Assembly: GCA_947624535.1 (NCBI GenBank) | Contig: CANQKU010000001.1 | Location: 1-30,529, forward strand | Length of the DNA: 30,529 nucleotides | Direction of reading: 5' to 3' | Source of the DNA: an uncultured Bacilli bacterium | GTDB taxonomy: Bacteria; Bacillota_I; Bacilli_A; RF39; UBA660 | Shown: positions 1 to 8,183 of the stretch, in pieces | How positions within the stretch are numbered: position 1 is the stretch's first letter | Layout of the letters: every line of letters begins with the position of its first letter | The notes under the pieces: model-generated | Seen by the model: only the letters and a program-made list of their open reading frames with translations | Database searches by the model: none | What the model was told of the DNA's origin: nothing | Made by a program: the position numbers and the translations under genes

Positions 1-52
1 TTCAATGGATGAATTTTATAATAAATATTTGGAGGAAAATAAAAATGACTGA
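1..52 (+). CDS. 3' end of an upstream gene (partial, unidentified)
   Basis: Frame starting at nt 2 reads SMDEFYNKYLEENKND* with TGA at 50-52, 27 nt before rbgA. Too short to identify. Confidence 0.4.
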   Translation, partial: SMDEFYNKYLEENKND

Positions 53-79
53 TAAATATATTTTAAGGGAAGTGATTTT

Positions 80-961
80 ATGTCAAATATGAATGAAAAT
101 GAAAAGTTTCAAAAAAACGTAATCAATTGGTACCCTGGTCACATGGCTAAGACCAAAAGAGAAATTAAAGAAAAACTAGATATTATTGATATAGTTTACG
201 AAGTAATTGATGCTAGAATGCCTTCATCATCAAAAATAGTTGATTTAGATGATTTAATTGGTAGTAAAAAAAGAATATTAATTATGACTAAGTATGACTT
301 ATGTGATAAGACTTATACAAATGAATGGATTAATTATTACCAAGAAAAAGGTTATATAGTTATTCCTATAGATTTATTAAATAATATTAATGTTTCTCAA
401 ATTTTAATAAAGAGTCAAGAAATAATGAAAGAAATCAATCAAAAAAGAATAGCTAAAGGATTAAAAGAAAGAAACATTAGAGCTTTAATTGTCGGAGTAC
501 CAAATGTAGGAAAATCAACTTTAATTAATAGATTAGTTGGTAAAAAAACAGTAAATGTTGGCAATAGACCAGGTGTTACTAAAACTTTATCCTGGATAAG
601 AATTAATAAAAATATTGAACTGTTAGATACCCCTGGTATTTTATGGCCAAAGTTAGAAAATCAAAATTCAGCTTATATTCTAGCATCCTTATCATCTATT
701 AAAGAAGAAATTCTAGATACCATGGATTTGGCTTGCTTTGTTTTGAAAATCATGATGAAATTATATCCAGAAAAGTTGAAAGAACGATATGGTATTTCAT
801 CATTAAGTGATGATATGATTGAAGAATTTGACTTAGTTGCTAAAAAACGAGGTGCGCTTAGCAAGGGTGGCGTTGCAGATTATGAAAAAGTATCAGGTAT
901 TATTATTAATGATTTAAAAAATGGATATTTAGGTCCAGTTACATTGGATAGATTAAAATAG
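80..961 (+). CDS. rbgA: Ribosome biogenesis GTPase RbgA (YlqF)
   Basis: N-terminal WYPGHMAK, circularly permuted G motifs (G4 TKYD before G1 GVPNVGKS, G2 PGVT, G3 DTPG). Upstream of rnhB as in Bacillus. Confidence 0.97.
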   Translation: MSNMNENEKFQKNVINWYPGHMAKTKREIKEKLDIIDIVYEVIDARMPSSSKIVDLDDLIGSKKRILIMTKYDLCDKTYTNEWINYYQEKGYIVIPIDLLNNINVSQILIKSQEIMKEINQKRIAKGLKERNIRALIVGVPNVGKSTLINRLVGKKTVNVGNRPGVTKTLSWIRINKNIELLDTPGILWPKLENQNSAYILASLSSIKEEILDTMDLACFVLKIMMKLYPEKLKERYGISSLSDDMIEEFDLVAKKRGALSKGGVADYEKVSGIIINDLKNGYLGPVTLDRLK

Positions 962-984
962 GTTAGAGTAAGGATAGAAGTAGT

Positions 985-1965
985 ATGAAAAAAGAAGAGA
1001 TAATTGAAAAATTAAAAACCTTATCATTGGATAAAAATAAATATATTGTAATAGATGATGCTAGTTTAGTACTTCAAGGAATAATTGATGAGGCAATAAA
1101 AATTGAACTAGTATGTGATAAGGAATATTATGAAGAAATCTCCTGGAATAGTAAAATAGATTTTTCTAATATAGAAGTAAAATATAATGATGTATTTGAA
1201 ATCAGTTGTTTTCCAAAAGATAAAATCAATATAATAGATTATAACGGTTACCAATTAATGGATATAGAAGAATGTCTTAACTTAAAACAAAAAAGAAATA
1301 ATAAAAAAGATAAAAAAACGATTGAAAAAATAGACTTATATTTATGTGGCAAAGACAATTATCGTTATGAAAGAAAACTAAGAGAGAAAAATATTTCTTT
1401 GATCGGTGGAGTTGATGAAGTTGGTAGGGGACCATTAGTTGGTCCTGTTGTTGCTGCTTGTGTAATTTTACCAGAAAAGTTTGAATTAGATGGATTAACC
1501 GATTCAAAAAAACTATCAGAAAAAAAACGAGAAGATTTTTATGATAAAATTATGGATCAAGCTATCAGTGTAGGTGTTGGAGTTATTAATGAAAAAATAA
1601 TTGATGAAGTAAATATTTATGAAGCAACGAAAATGGCTATGAAAGAAGCAATTGAAAAATGTGAAATTAAGCCAGAGCATATTTTAATTGATGCCATGAA
1701 ATTAGATATAGATATTCCTACAACTTCTATTATTAAGGGGGATTTAAAAAGTATAACTATTTCCGCAGCAAGTGTCATTGCTAAAGTAACTAGAGATAGA
1801 ATGTTAATTGAATTAGATAAAAAATATCCAATGTATGACTTTATCAATAATAAAGGTTATCCTACAAAAAAACATTTAGATGCCATTAATGAATATGGAA
1901 TTATTAAAGAACATAGAAGAAGTTACGGACCAGTTAATGAATATTTGAAAAATCACGAAAAGTAG
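985..1965 (+). CDS. rnhB: Ribonuclease HII with ~120-aa N-terminal extension resembling a degenerate nucleotidyltransferase fold
   Basis: GVDEVGRGPLVGPVV, DSKKL, LIDAM, KGDLKSITISAASVIAKVTRD and HRRSY are RNase HII motifs. The N-terminal part is non-canonical. Confidence 0.93.
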   Translation: MKKEEIIEKLKTLSLDKNKYIVIDDASLVLQGIIDEAIKIELVCDKEYYEEISWNSKIDFSNIEVKYNDVFEISCFPKDKINIIDYNGYQLMDIEECLNLKQKRNNKKDKKTIEKIDLYLCGKDNYRYERKLREKNISLIGGVDEVGRGPLVGPVVAACVILPEKFELDGLTDSKKLSEKKREDFYDKIMDQAISVGVGVINEKIIDEVNIYEATKMAMKEAIEKCEIKPEHILIDAMKLDIDIPTTSIIKGDLKSITISAASVIAKVTRDRMLIELDKKYPMYDFINNKGYPTKKHLDAINEYGIIKEHRRSYGPVNEYLKNHEK

Positions 1966-1971
1966 TGTCAA

Positions 1972-2000
1972 TTGACAAAATATAAGGTTTGTGTTATAAT
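1972..2000 (+). promoter_or_regulatory. Consensus sigma-A promoter for the 2026..3504 gene
   Basis: TTGACA (1972-1977), 17-nt spacer, TG-T-TATAAT (extended -10; hexamer 1995-2000). Followed by RBS AGGGGG and ATG at 2026. Confidence 0.88.
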
Positions 2001-2025
2001 ATGTGTCACTTTTAGGGGGACAAGT

Positions 2026-3504
2026 ATGATTAATGAAAGTAAATTAACAATTAATGAGTTAATGAATTTTGGTATCAATTACAGTACACCAATACAATTA
2101 AATGTTGATATATTAGAATACTTATTTGACGATAAATATAAAAGAAGAGCTTTTCATAAAAAAATGGAAGAAATTGGTAGTGACTTAGCAGAAAGATTTA
2201 AATTACCTAATTATATAGTACAAACATATTTTAATGATGGTGATATCTTTTTATATGAAAGTAACGCACAAGAAAAAAATATTTATTTTAATTACCATGT
2301 TCTTATGAAGCATTTACTAAAATTTTTTATTTGTAAAAATAAAGAAGAAACTAGTGAAGAACATGAAATGATATCTTCAATTTTATATAATGATGCTGAT
2401 ACTTTGAAAGTATTAACTAATAAAATTATAAAAGATGTTAGAACTAAGCTTAGTCATATGGATAATATTAATGAAATAAAGAATTATATTTCAAGTCATT
2501 ATTACATAAATGAATATTTTTCAAAATGGAATGAATTTTATGGTAAGATGCCACTAAATGAGGCAATTCCTTCGGAGATTATTTTTCAAGAGATTTTATG
2601 TAAAGATATAACAGGTATAATTATTCAAAATAAAGAGTTAGTAAAATTTACTTATGAAAATGCATTAAATACAAAGATACTTGATGGTATTAACAAAGAA
2701 AAGTTTTTATTTTATCTAGCCGTATCGACATTAAATAGTTGTTCAAAATTAGAAGAAGTTGATTCGTCTGTTTATTATGCAATTAATTATTACTTACATA
2801 AAATAGAAGAGAATACTTCAAATATTTTTATAGGTGTAGATAATCATTGCTATAGTTTTTTAGATTTTTCAATAGACTTAAAGAATTATTTACAAAAACA
2901 TCCAACAATTGGGATGAAACGATTTAAAGAAGATGCTTTTAAAGGATGGAGTCCAAAAGAAGTAAAAGAATGTCTATCTACACTTAATGAAGAAACATTA
3001 CAAAACTTTAGTATAATTAATACAGAAGATGTCTATATTCCAAATAGTGAAAATACTGGTAATGAAAGAAAAAAATACGAAAGACGTAAGAATACTAAAA
3101 AGGGTGTTGAAGAATATAATAATTTAGCTTTAGCTAAGAAAAAGTTTTATATGAACAATAAAGAACAAATATATGCAACATTAATGGGTAAAAATAAGTT
3201 TGATGGATATATAGCGCATGTTTTAAAAAATGGATATGTTATCTTTGAAAAATTTGATAAGACAAGTGGAATGATCAGTAACCAGTCAGGAGCAGCCTAT
3301 ATTATGACTATAGATAATTTTAATGAATTTTCTACTAGATCAATTGGAGAAATTAGAGACTATGTAAAAAATCATCCTAATGGTGATATAAATTATAAAT
3401 GTCATGCGGGAAATTGGATGCCTGTATTACAAGAAGTAATCGATAAAAAAACAGATATAGATTTATCTAGAGTAGAAAAAGTGTTAACAAAGTATAGTCT
3501 TTAA
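2026..3504 (+). CDS. Hypothetical protein (492 aa), function unknown
   Basis: Long ORF. The track's TTG start at 1972 is the -35 box, so the start is moved to ATG 2026 behind the RBS. No motif recognised. Confidence 0.85.
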   Translation: MINESKLTINELMNFGINYSTPIQLNVDILEYLFDDKYKRRAFHKKMEEIGSDLAERFKLPNYIVQTYFNDGDIFLYESNAQEKNIYFNYHVLMKHLLKFFICKNKEETSEEHEMISSILYNDADTLKVLTNKIIKDVRTKLSHMDNINEIKNYISSHYYINEYFSKWNEFYGKMPLNEAIPSEIIFQEILCKDITGIIIQNKELVKFTYENALNTKILDGINKEKFLFYLAVSTLNSCSKLEEVDSSVYYAINYYLHKIEENTSNIFIGVDNHCYSFLDFSIDLKNYLQKHPTIGMKRFKEDAFKGWSPKEVKECLSTLNEETLQNFSIINTEDVYIPNSENTGNERKKYERRKNTKKGVEEYNNLALAKKKFYMNNKEQIYATLMGKNKFDGYIAHVLKNGYVIFEKFDKTSGMISNQSGAAYIMTIDNFNEFSTRSIGEIRDYVKNHPNGDINYKCHAGNWMPVLQEVIDKKTDIDLSRVEKVLTKYSL

Positions 3505-3545
3505 AAAAATATATCTAATAAATCACTTATAAAATCTAGATAATT

Positions 3546-3579
3546 AAAAAAAATGAGTGCAAATGTATTCGTTTTTTTT
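3546..3579 (+). terminator. Rho-independent terminator
   Basis: AAAAAAATGAGTGC-AAAT-GTATTCGTTTTTTT stem with G:U pairs (works on + strand only) and a U tract, after the 3504 stop. Confidence 0.65.
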
Positions 3580-3640
3580 ATTGTTTTATGAAAAATTGTA
3601 AAATATCTAATATAATAATAGTAATATGTATAAAATATAA

Positions 3641-3669
3641 TTGACAAAAATCAATTTAATTTGTATAAG
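3641..3669 (+). promoter_or_regulatory. Sigma-A promoter of topA
   Basis: TTGACA (3641-3646), 17 nt, TATAAG (3664-3669). Confidence 0.75.
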
Positions 3670-3683
3670 TATAAAAGAAGGAT

Positions 3684-5723
3684 GTGTGTGAATTGAGTAA
3701 ACATTTAGTGATTGTTGAAAGCCCTAGTAAAAGTAAAACAATTGAAAAATATTTAGGAAAAGACTATAAAGTTGTATCATCTAAAGGACATATTAGGGAT
3801 TTAGCGACTTCAGGTAAATATGGATTAGGTGTGGATATTGAAAATGGATTTCAACCAAATTACGTACCAATTACTGGTAAAAAGAAAGTTATTTCTGAAT
3901 TAAAAAAAGATGTATCAAATAGTGATATTGTCTATTTAGCATCCGACCCAGATCGTGAGGGAGAAGCCATCGCATGGCATTTGAAAGATGCCTTAAATAT
4001 TTCTGATGATCAATATAAGAGAGTATTATTTAATGAAATTACACATGATAAAGTATTAGAAGCAATGCACCATCCAACTTTAATTGATGATAATTTAGTT
4101 AGAAGTCAAGAAACAAGAAGAATTTTAGATAGAATTATTGGGTTCCGCTTATCCAAACTATTACAAAGTAAAATTGGAGCTAAAAGTGCTGGAAGAGTTC
4201 AAAGTGTAGCTTTAAAATTAATAGTTGATAGAGAACGTGAAATAGAAGCATTTAATCAGGAAGAATATTGGACTATAACTGCCAAATTTGATGAAGTGGA
4301 TGCCTCATTATTCAAATATAAAGAAGATGAAATTAAACTTTCTACTGAAAAAGACTGTGATGAAGTCTTAGCTAAACTTAATTGTGACTATATTGTTGAA
4401 GAAATTGAACAAAAAAAGAAAACTAAGAAAAGTAAATTTCCATTTATTACTAGTACATTACAACAAGAAGCTTCTACTAAGTTAGGTTTTTCCGCTAAAA
4501 AGACGATGAGTATTGCTCAAAAGTTATATGAAGGTATTGACTTAGAAAATGAAACTGTCGGATTAATCACTTATATGAGAACGGATTCTATTCGCTTAAG
4601 TGATGATTTTACTCGCCCAGCCTATGAATATATTATAAAAAACTATGGTAAAGAATATACAGGATATATAAAAACTAGTAAAAAGAAAGAAAATGTTCAA
4701 GATGCTCATGAAGCTATTCGTCCTACTAGTGTGTTGAGAGATCCTCTAACTGTTAAGCCATATTTATCAAATGATGAATTTAAATTATACAGTTTAATTT
4801 ATAAAAGAACATTATCATCTTTAATGGCTGATGCTAAAGTAAATCAAACTACCGTAATATTAGATAATCAAGATTATAAATTTAAAATTAGTGGGCAAGT
4901 ATTATTATTTGATGGATATCTAGCTCTTTATAAAGATTATGAGACAAGTGAAGATAAGATATTACCAGAATATAAAAAGGGTGAAGTTTTAACTACTCAA
5001 ACAGTTGAAAAAGAACAACATTTTACAAAACCACCTGCTAGATATAGTGAAGCTAAACTAATTAAAGAGATGGAAGAGTTAGGAATAGGAAGACCTTCTA
5101 CTTATGCAAAAACTATCGATACAATTAAAGAAAGAGGTTATGTAGAAGTAGTTGAAAAGAAATTTAAACCTACTGAAATGGGAATTGAAACTACCGATAA
5201 ATTGCAAGAATTTTTCTCAGACTTAATCAATGTAGAATATACTAAAAATATGGAAGATGACTTAGATAAAATTGCTTTAGGAAATTTAATTTGGAATGAA
5301 GTATTAGAAAAATTTTACAAGTTATTTGAACCTCGTGTTAAATCAGCTTTTGATGAGATGGAGAAAAAAGCTCCACAAGAAACAGGAGAAAAATGTCCTA
5401 ATTGTGGTAATCCCTTAGTAATAAGAAAAGGTCGCTATGGAGAATTTGTCGCATGTAGTAATTATCCTGAATGTAAATATATTAAAAAACAAGAAAAAGA
5501 AGTTAAAGAAGTCATGGATTGCCCAATATGTGATGGAAAAATTATCGAAAGAACTACAAAAAGAGGAAAAACTTTTTATGGCTGTACTAATTATCCAAAA
5601 TGTAAATTCGCAACATGGGATAGGCCACTTTTAGAAAAATGTCCAAAATGTGGTAAAACCTTAGTAGATAAAAATAAAAAAATAGCATGTATTGAATGTG
5701 ACTATGAAAAAGAGAAAGAATGA
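3684..5723 (+). CDS. topA: DNA topoisomerase I (type IA) with C-terminal zinc ribbons; TTG at 3693 is an equally likely start
   Basis: LVIVESPSK Toprim start, ASDPDREGEAIAWH, SAGRVQS, LITYMRTDS (catalytic Tyr), GIGRPSTY, and C-terminal CPNC...C..YPEC type repeats. Confidence 0.98.
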   Translation: MCELSKHLVIVESPSKSKTIEKYLGKDYKVVSSKGHIRDLATSGKYGLGVDIENGFQPNYVPITGKKKVISELKKDVSNSDIVYLASDPDREGEAIAWHLKDALNISDDQYKRVLFNEITHDKVLEAMHHPTLIDDNLVRSQETRRILDRIIGFRLSKLLQSKIGAKSAGRVQSVALKLIVDREREIEAFNQEEYWTITAKFDEVDASLFKYKEDEIKLSTEKDCDEVLAKLNCDYIVEEIEQKKKTKKSKFPFITSTLQQEASTKLGFSAKKTMSIAQKLYEGIDLENETVGLITYMRTDSIRLSDDFTRPAYEYIIKNYGKEYTGYIKTSKKKENVQDAHEAIRPTSVLRDPLTVKPYLSNDEFKLYSLIYKRTLSSLMADAKVNQTTVILDNQDYKFKISGQVLLFDGYLALYKDYETSEDKILPEYKKGEVLTTQTVEKEQHFTKPPARYSEAKLIKEMEELGIGRPSTYAKTIDTIKERGYVEVVEKKFKPTEMGIETTDKLQEFFSDLINVEYTKNMEDDLDKIALGNLIWNEVLEKFYKLFEPRVKSAFDEMEKKAPQETGEKCPNCGNPLVIRKGRYGEFVACSNYPECKYIKKQEKEVKEVMDCPICDGKIIERTTKRGKTFYGCTNYPKCKFATWDRPLLEKCPKCGKTLVDKNKKIACIECDYEKEKE

Positions 5724-5738
5724 TTTTTTTCTCTTTTT
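5707..5738 (+). terminator. Terminator overlapping the topA stop
   Basis: AAAAAGAGAAA (5707-5717) / TTTCTCTTTTT (5728-5738) inverted repeat. Confidence 0.6.
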
Positions 5739-5805
5739 ACTTAAAAAAATACATAAATAATGATAAAATTATTTTAATAGTTAAAAATCAGTTGGAGGTA
5801 GTAAT

Positions 5806-6933
5806 ATGGCATATTATTTATATTTAGCTTCTTATAACGATATAGTTAGATATCAGCACTTTTTAAAAATGGATGAAGCTAAAAGACAAAGAGAAAAATC
5901 TTATTATGATATTTGTCATCCATTAAAGTTTAAAATTAAAGATCAAGTTAAAAATTCATTTAAAATAGAAGAAATTGACTCTCTTACTTGTTGTTATAAA
6001 AATGAACAAGATTTAATTAAAAAAATCAAAAATAAAGATATTTCCTATCTTACTAGATTAGAACAAAATGAAAATCACTTAACTCTTGTTTATAAAGTAG
6101 ATAAAAGATTAGAAAAAAGTGAAATAATCTATGATGACTTACTTTTATTTGAACAAGCTACTAATTTAAGATTAAAAAAAAATAATTCAAAACCTCATCA
6201 AGAAATATTAACTGATCATACTGATAGATTAAATGACTTTATTACTTATATTATTTCACTAGCTATGAATAAAACAACCAAAAACTTTTTATTAAATCCT
6301 AAAAATATAACTTATTTAACAAAAGAAGAACAATATAGTATAGATCTTCCTGTATTAAAAGGTATAAGTAAAATAGCAATCGATAAAGAAGATGGTAGTA
6401 ATAAAGAAGTAGTAGTTAAAAAAGGATTAAGATCTTTATTAGAAGAATATATAAGATATGCTACACTTTATGATAACTTATATAAAAGTCAAGAAAACAG
6501 TTTAGAAGTTGAGAAAAATCTTAGACAAACTGAACAAAATATTAGTCTCTTTTTTAGAAAAAATTATCAAAACTTAAGAAAAATGATTGAATGGGAAAAT
6601 ACCTATTTGCATGTATTAGAAAATGCTTTAACTAAAGATAATATTGATAATAAACAAAGAAAAATAATCTCTTTACAAATAGAAAAAGTTAAAAATGAAA
6701 AAGCAGCTAGAAATGATCGATATGAAAGAGAACTTATCCATTATGAAGATGAAGAAGATCTATATAATACTTACTCATCTAATAATGATCCTAAGTACTT
6801 TGAAAATGACCAAGTTAAAACACTTTATGAACATGGTGGAATGGATGAAGTTATGAAATATATGGATTTAGATGATATATTAGCAACTAATGATGCCGAA
6901 AAATTAGGTATTGTTTCTCCAAAAAAGAAATAA
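5806..6933 (+). CDS. Hypothetical protein (375 aa), function unknown
   Basis: Long ORF with GGAGGT RBS and an acidic C-terminus. No FAD/Rossmann or other motif recognised. Confidence 0.85.
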   Translation: MAYYLYLASYNDIVRYQHFLKMDEAKRQREKSYYDICHPLKFKIKDQVKNSFKIEEIDSLTCCYKNEQDLIKKIKNKDISYLTRLEQNENHLTLVYKVDKRLEKSEIIYDDLLLFEQATNLRLKKNNSKPHQEILTDHTDRLNDFITYIISLAMNKTTKNFLLNPKNITYLTKEEQYSIDLPVLKGISKIAIDKEDGSNKEVVVKKGLRSLLEEYIRYATLYDNLYKSQENSLEVEKNLRQTEQNISLFFRKNYQNLRKMIEWENTYLHVLENALTKDNIDNKQRKIISLQIEKVKNEKAARNDRYERELIHYEDEEDLYNTYSSNNDPKYFENDQVKTLYEHGGMDEVMKYMDLDDILATNDAEKLGIVSPKKK

Positions 6934-6953
6934 ATTTATAGGTTGTGATATTT

Positions 6954-7853
6954 ATGAAAAATGAAAATTTAGATAATTACTTAGATTATTTATCTTATCA
7001 AAAAGCATATTCTATGTATACAGTTAATAGCTATAAAAATGATATCTTAGAATTTTTAGAGTATTGTCAAAAAGAAGCTATTGACTATAAAGATATAGAA
7101 TATAGTGATACTAGAATTTATTTAATGTATTTAAAAGATAAGAAAAAAGATACTAATACCTCAATTAATAGAAAGTTAAGTGCTCTACGTAGTTTTTATA
7201 AATATCTAGTAAAACAAAATATAGTTAATAATAATGTTTTCTTACTATTAAATGGTCAAAAAAAAGCTAAGAAATTACCAAGATATTTTGAATATAACGA
7301 ATTAGAAGAGTTGTTTTTAGTACCTGATATTTTAAAACCTCTAGGACAAAGGGATAGACTAATTTTAGAGATGCTTTATGCAACTGGGGTTAGAGTAGGA
7401 GAATTAGTTAATATTAAAACTAGTGATATAAATTTAAGTGAAAGAAAAATTATTATCTTAGGAAAGGGTAATAAAGAAAGACAAGTAGAATATGGAGAAT
7501 ATTGTGAAGAAATATTAAATACCTATTTAAAAGATGGTAGAGAAAAATTAAAAAAGAGTACTACTGACTTTTTGTTTTTAAATCACTTAGGAGAAAAATT
7601 AACAGAACGTGGGGTTAGATATATATTAAATGAATTAATTAAACAAACTTCATTAACTAAAAATATTTCTCCTCATATGCTTAGACATTCTTTTGCAACC
7701 CATTTATTAAATGAGGGTTGTGACTTAACAAGTGTCCAAAAATTACTAGGTCATGAAAGCATAAGTGCAACTCAAATATATACACATGTTACGACTGATA
7801 GATTAAAAGAAGTTTATTATCATAGTTTCCCTAGAGCTAAAAAAGATGACTAA
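6954..7853 (+). CDS. xerC: Tyrosine recombinase, XerC/CodV type
   Basis: LYATGVRVGEL (R), GKGNKER (K), SPHMLRHSFATHLL (HxxR), LGHESISATQIYTHV (H, Y). Core position downstream of topA. ATG 6954 is preferred over GTG 6945. Confidence 0.9.
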   Translation: MKNENLDNYLDYLSYQKAYSMYTVNSYKNDILEFLEYCQKEAIDYKDIEYSDTRIYLMYLKDKKKDTNTSINRKLSALRSFYKYLVKQNIVNNNVFLLLNGQKKAKKLPRYFEYNELEELFLVPDILKPLGQRDRLILEMLYATGVRVGELVNIKTSDINLSERKIIILGKGNKERQVEYGEYCEEILNTYLKDGREKLKKSTTDFLFLNHLGEKLTERGVRYILNELIKQTSLTKNISPHMLRHSFATHLLNEGCDLTSVQKLLGHESISATQIYTHVTTDRLKEVYYHSFPRAKKDD

Positions 7854-7935
7854 TTTAACAAATTTGTTGATTTTTCTTTTATTTCTTTAGGTTTTGTTCT
7901 ATAATAATAAGTGATTTGAGAAGATAGGTGATTAT

Positions 7936-8181
7936 ATGGAAGTTGTTTTTCAAACTGAGAAAGAACTATACGAAAGAGTAAAACCTGCTTTACATGCTAA
8001 ATTAGAAGAATTAAAAAGATTAAACTTTAAAGATATTCATGAATATGAGATTTGGCAATATTTAAAAAAGTGTGTTTGGGTAAATAAAAAGAATTTAACT
8101 CTTTCTGATATTGTTCAAGATATTATTCATCTAGATCATAAAAAAATAAATTTATATTTACAAAATAAAGAAGAGGTGTAA
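7936..8181 (+). CDS. ComN-like post-transcriptional regulator family protein
   Basis: Pattern PAL.AKLEEL...EIWQYL...W....LTLSDIVQDIIHL, ~80 aa, directly upstream of secDF like B. subtilis comN (yrzD). Confidence 0.7.
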   Translation: MEVVFQTEKELYERVKPALHAKLEELKRLNFKDIHEYEIWQYLKKCVWVNKKNLTLSDIVQDIIHLDHKKINLYLQNKEEV

Positions 8182-8183
8182 AC

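Noticed and set aside
1972-2025. TTG start and N-terminal 18 aa of the 510-aa ORF
   Set aside because: The TTG is the first half of the -35 box. RBS and ATG at 2026 give the credible start.
6954-7853. Tyrosine recombinase as integrase of the accessory region
   Set aside because: It sits in the conserved topA-xerC core context ~9 kb from the tRNA, is ~300 aa and XerC-like, and has no att sites nearby.
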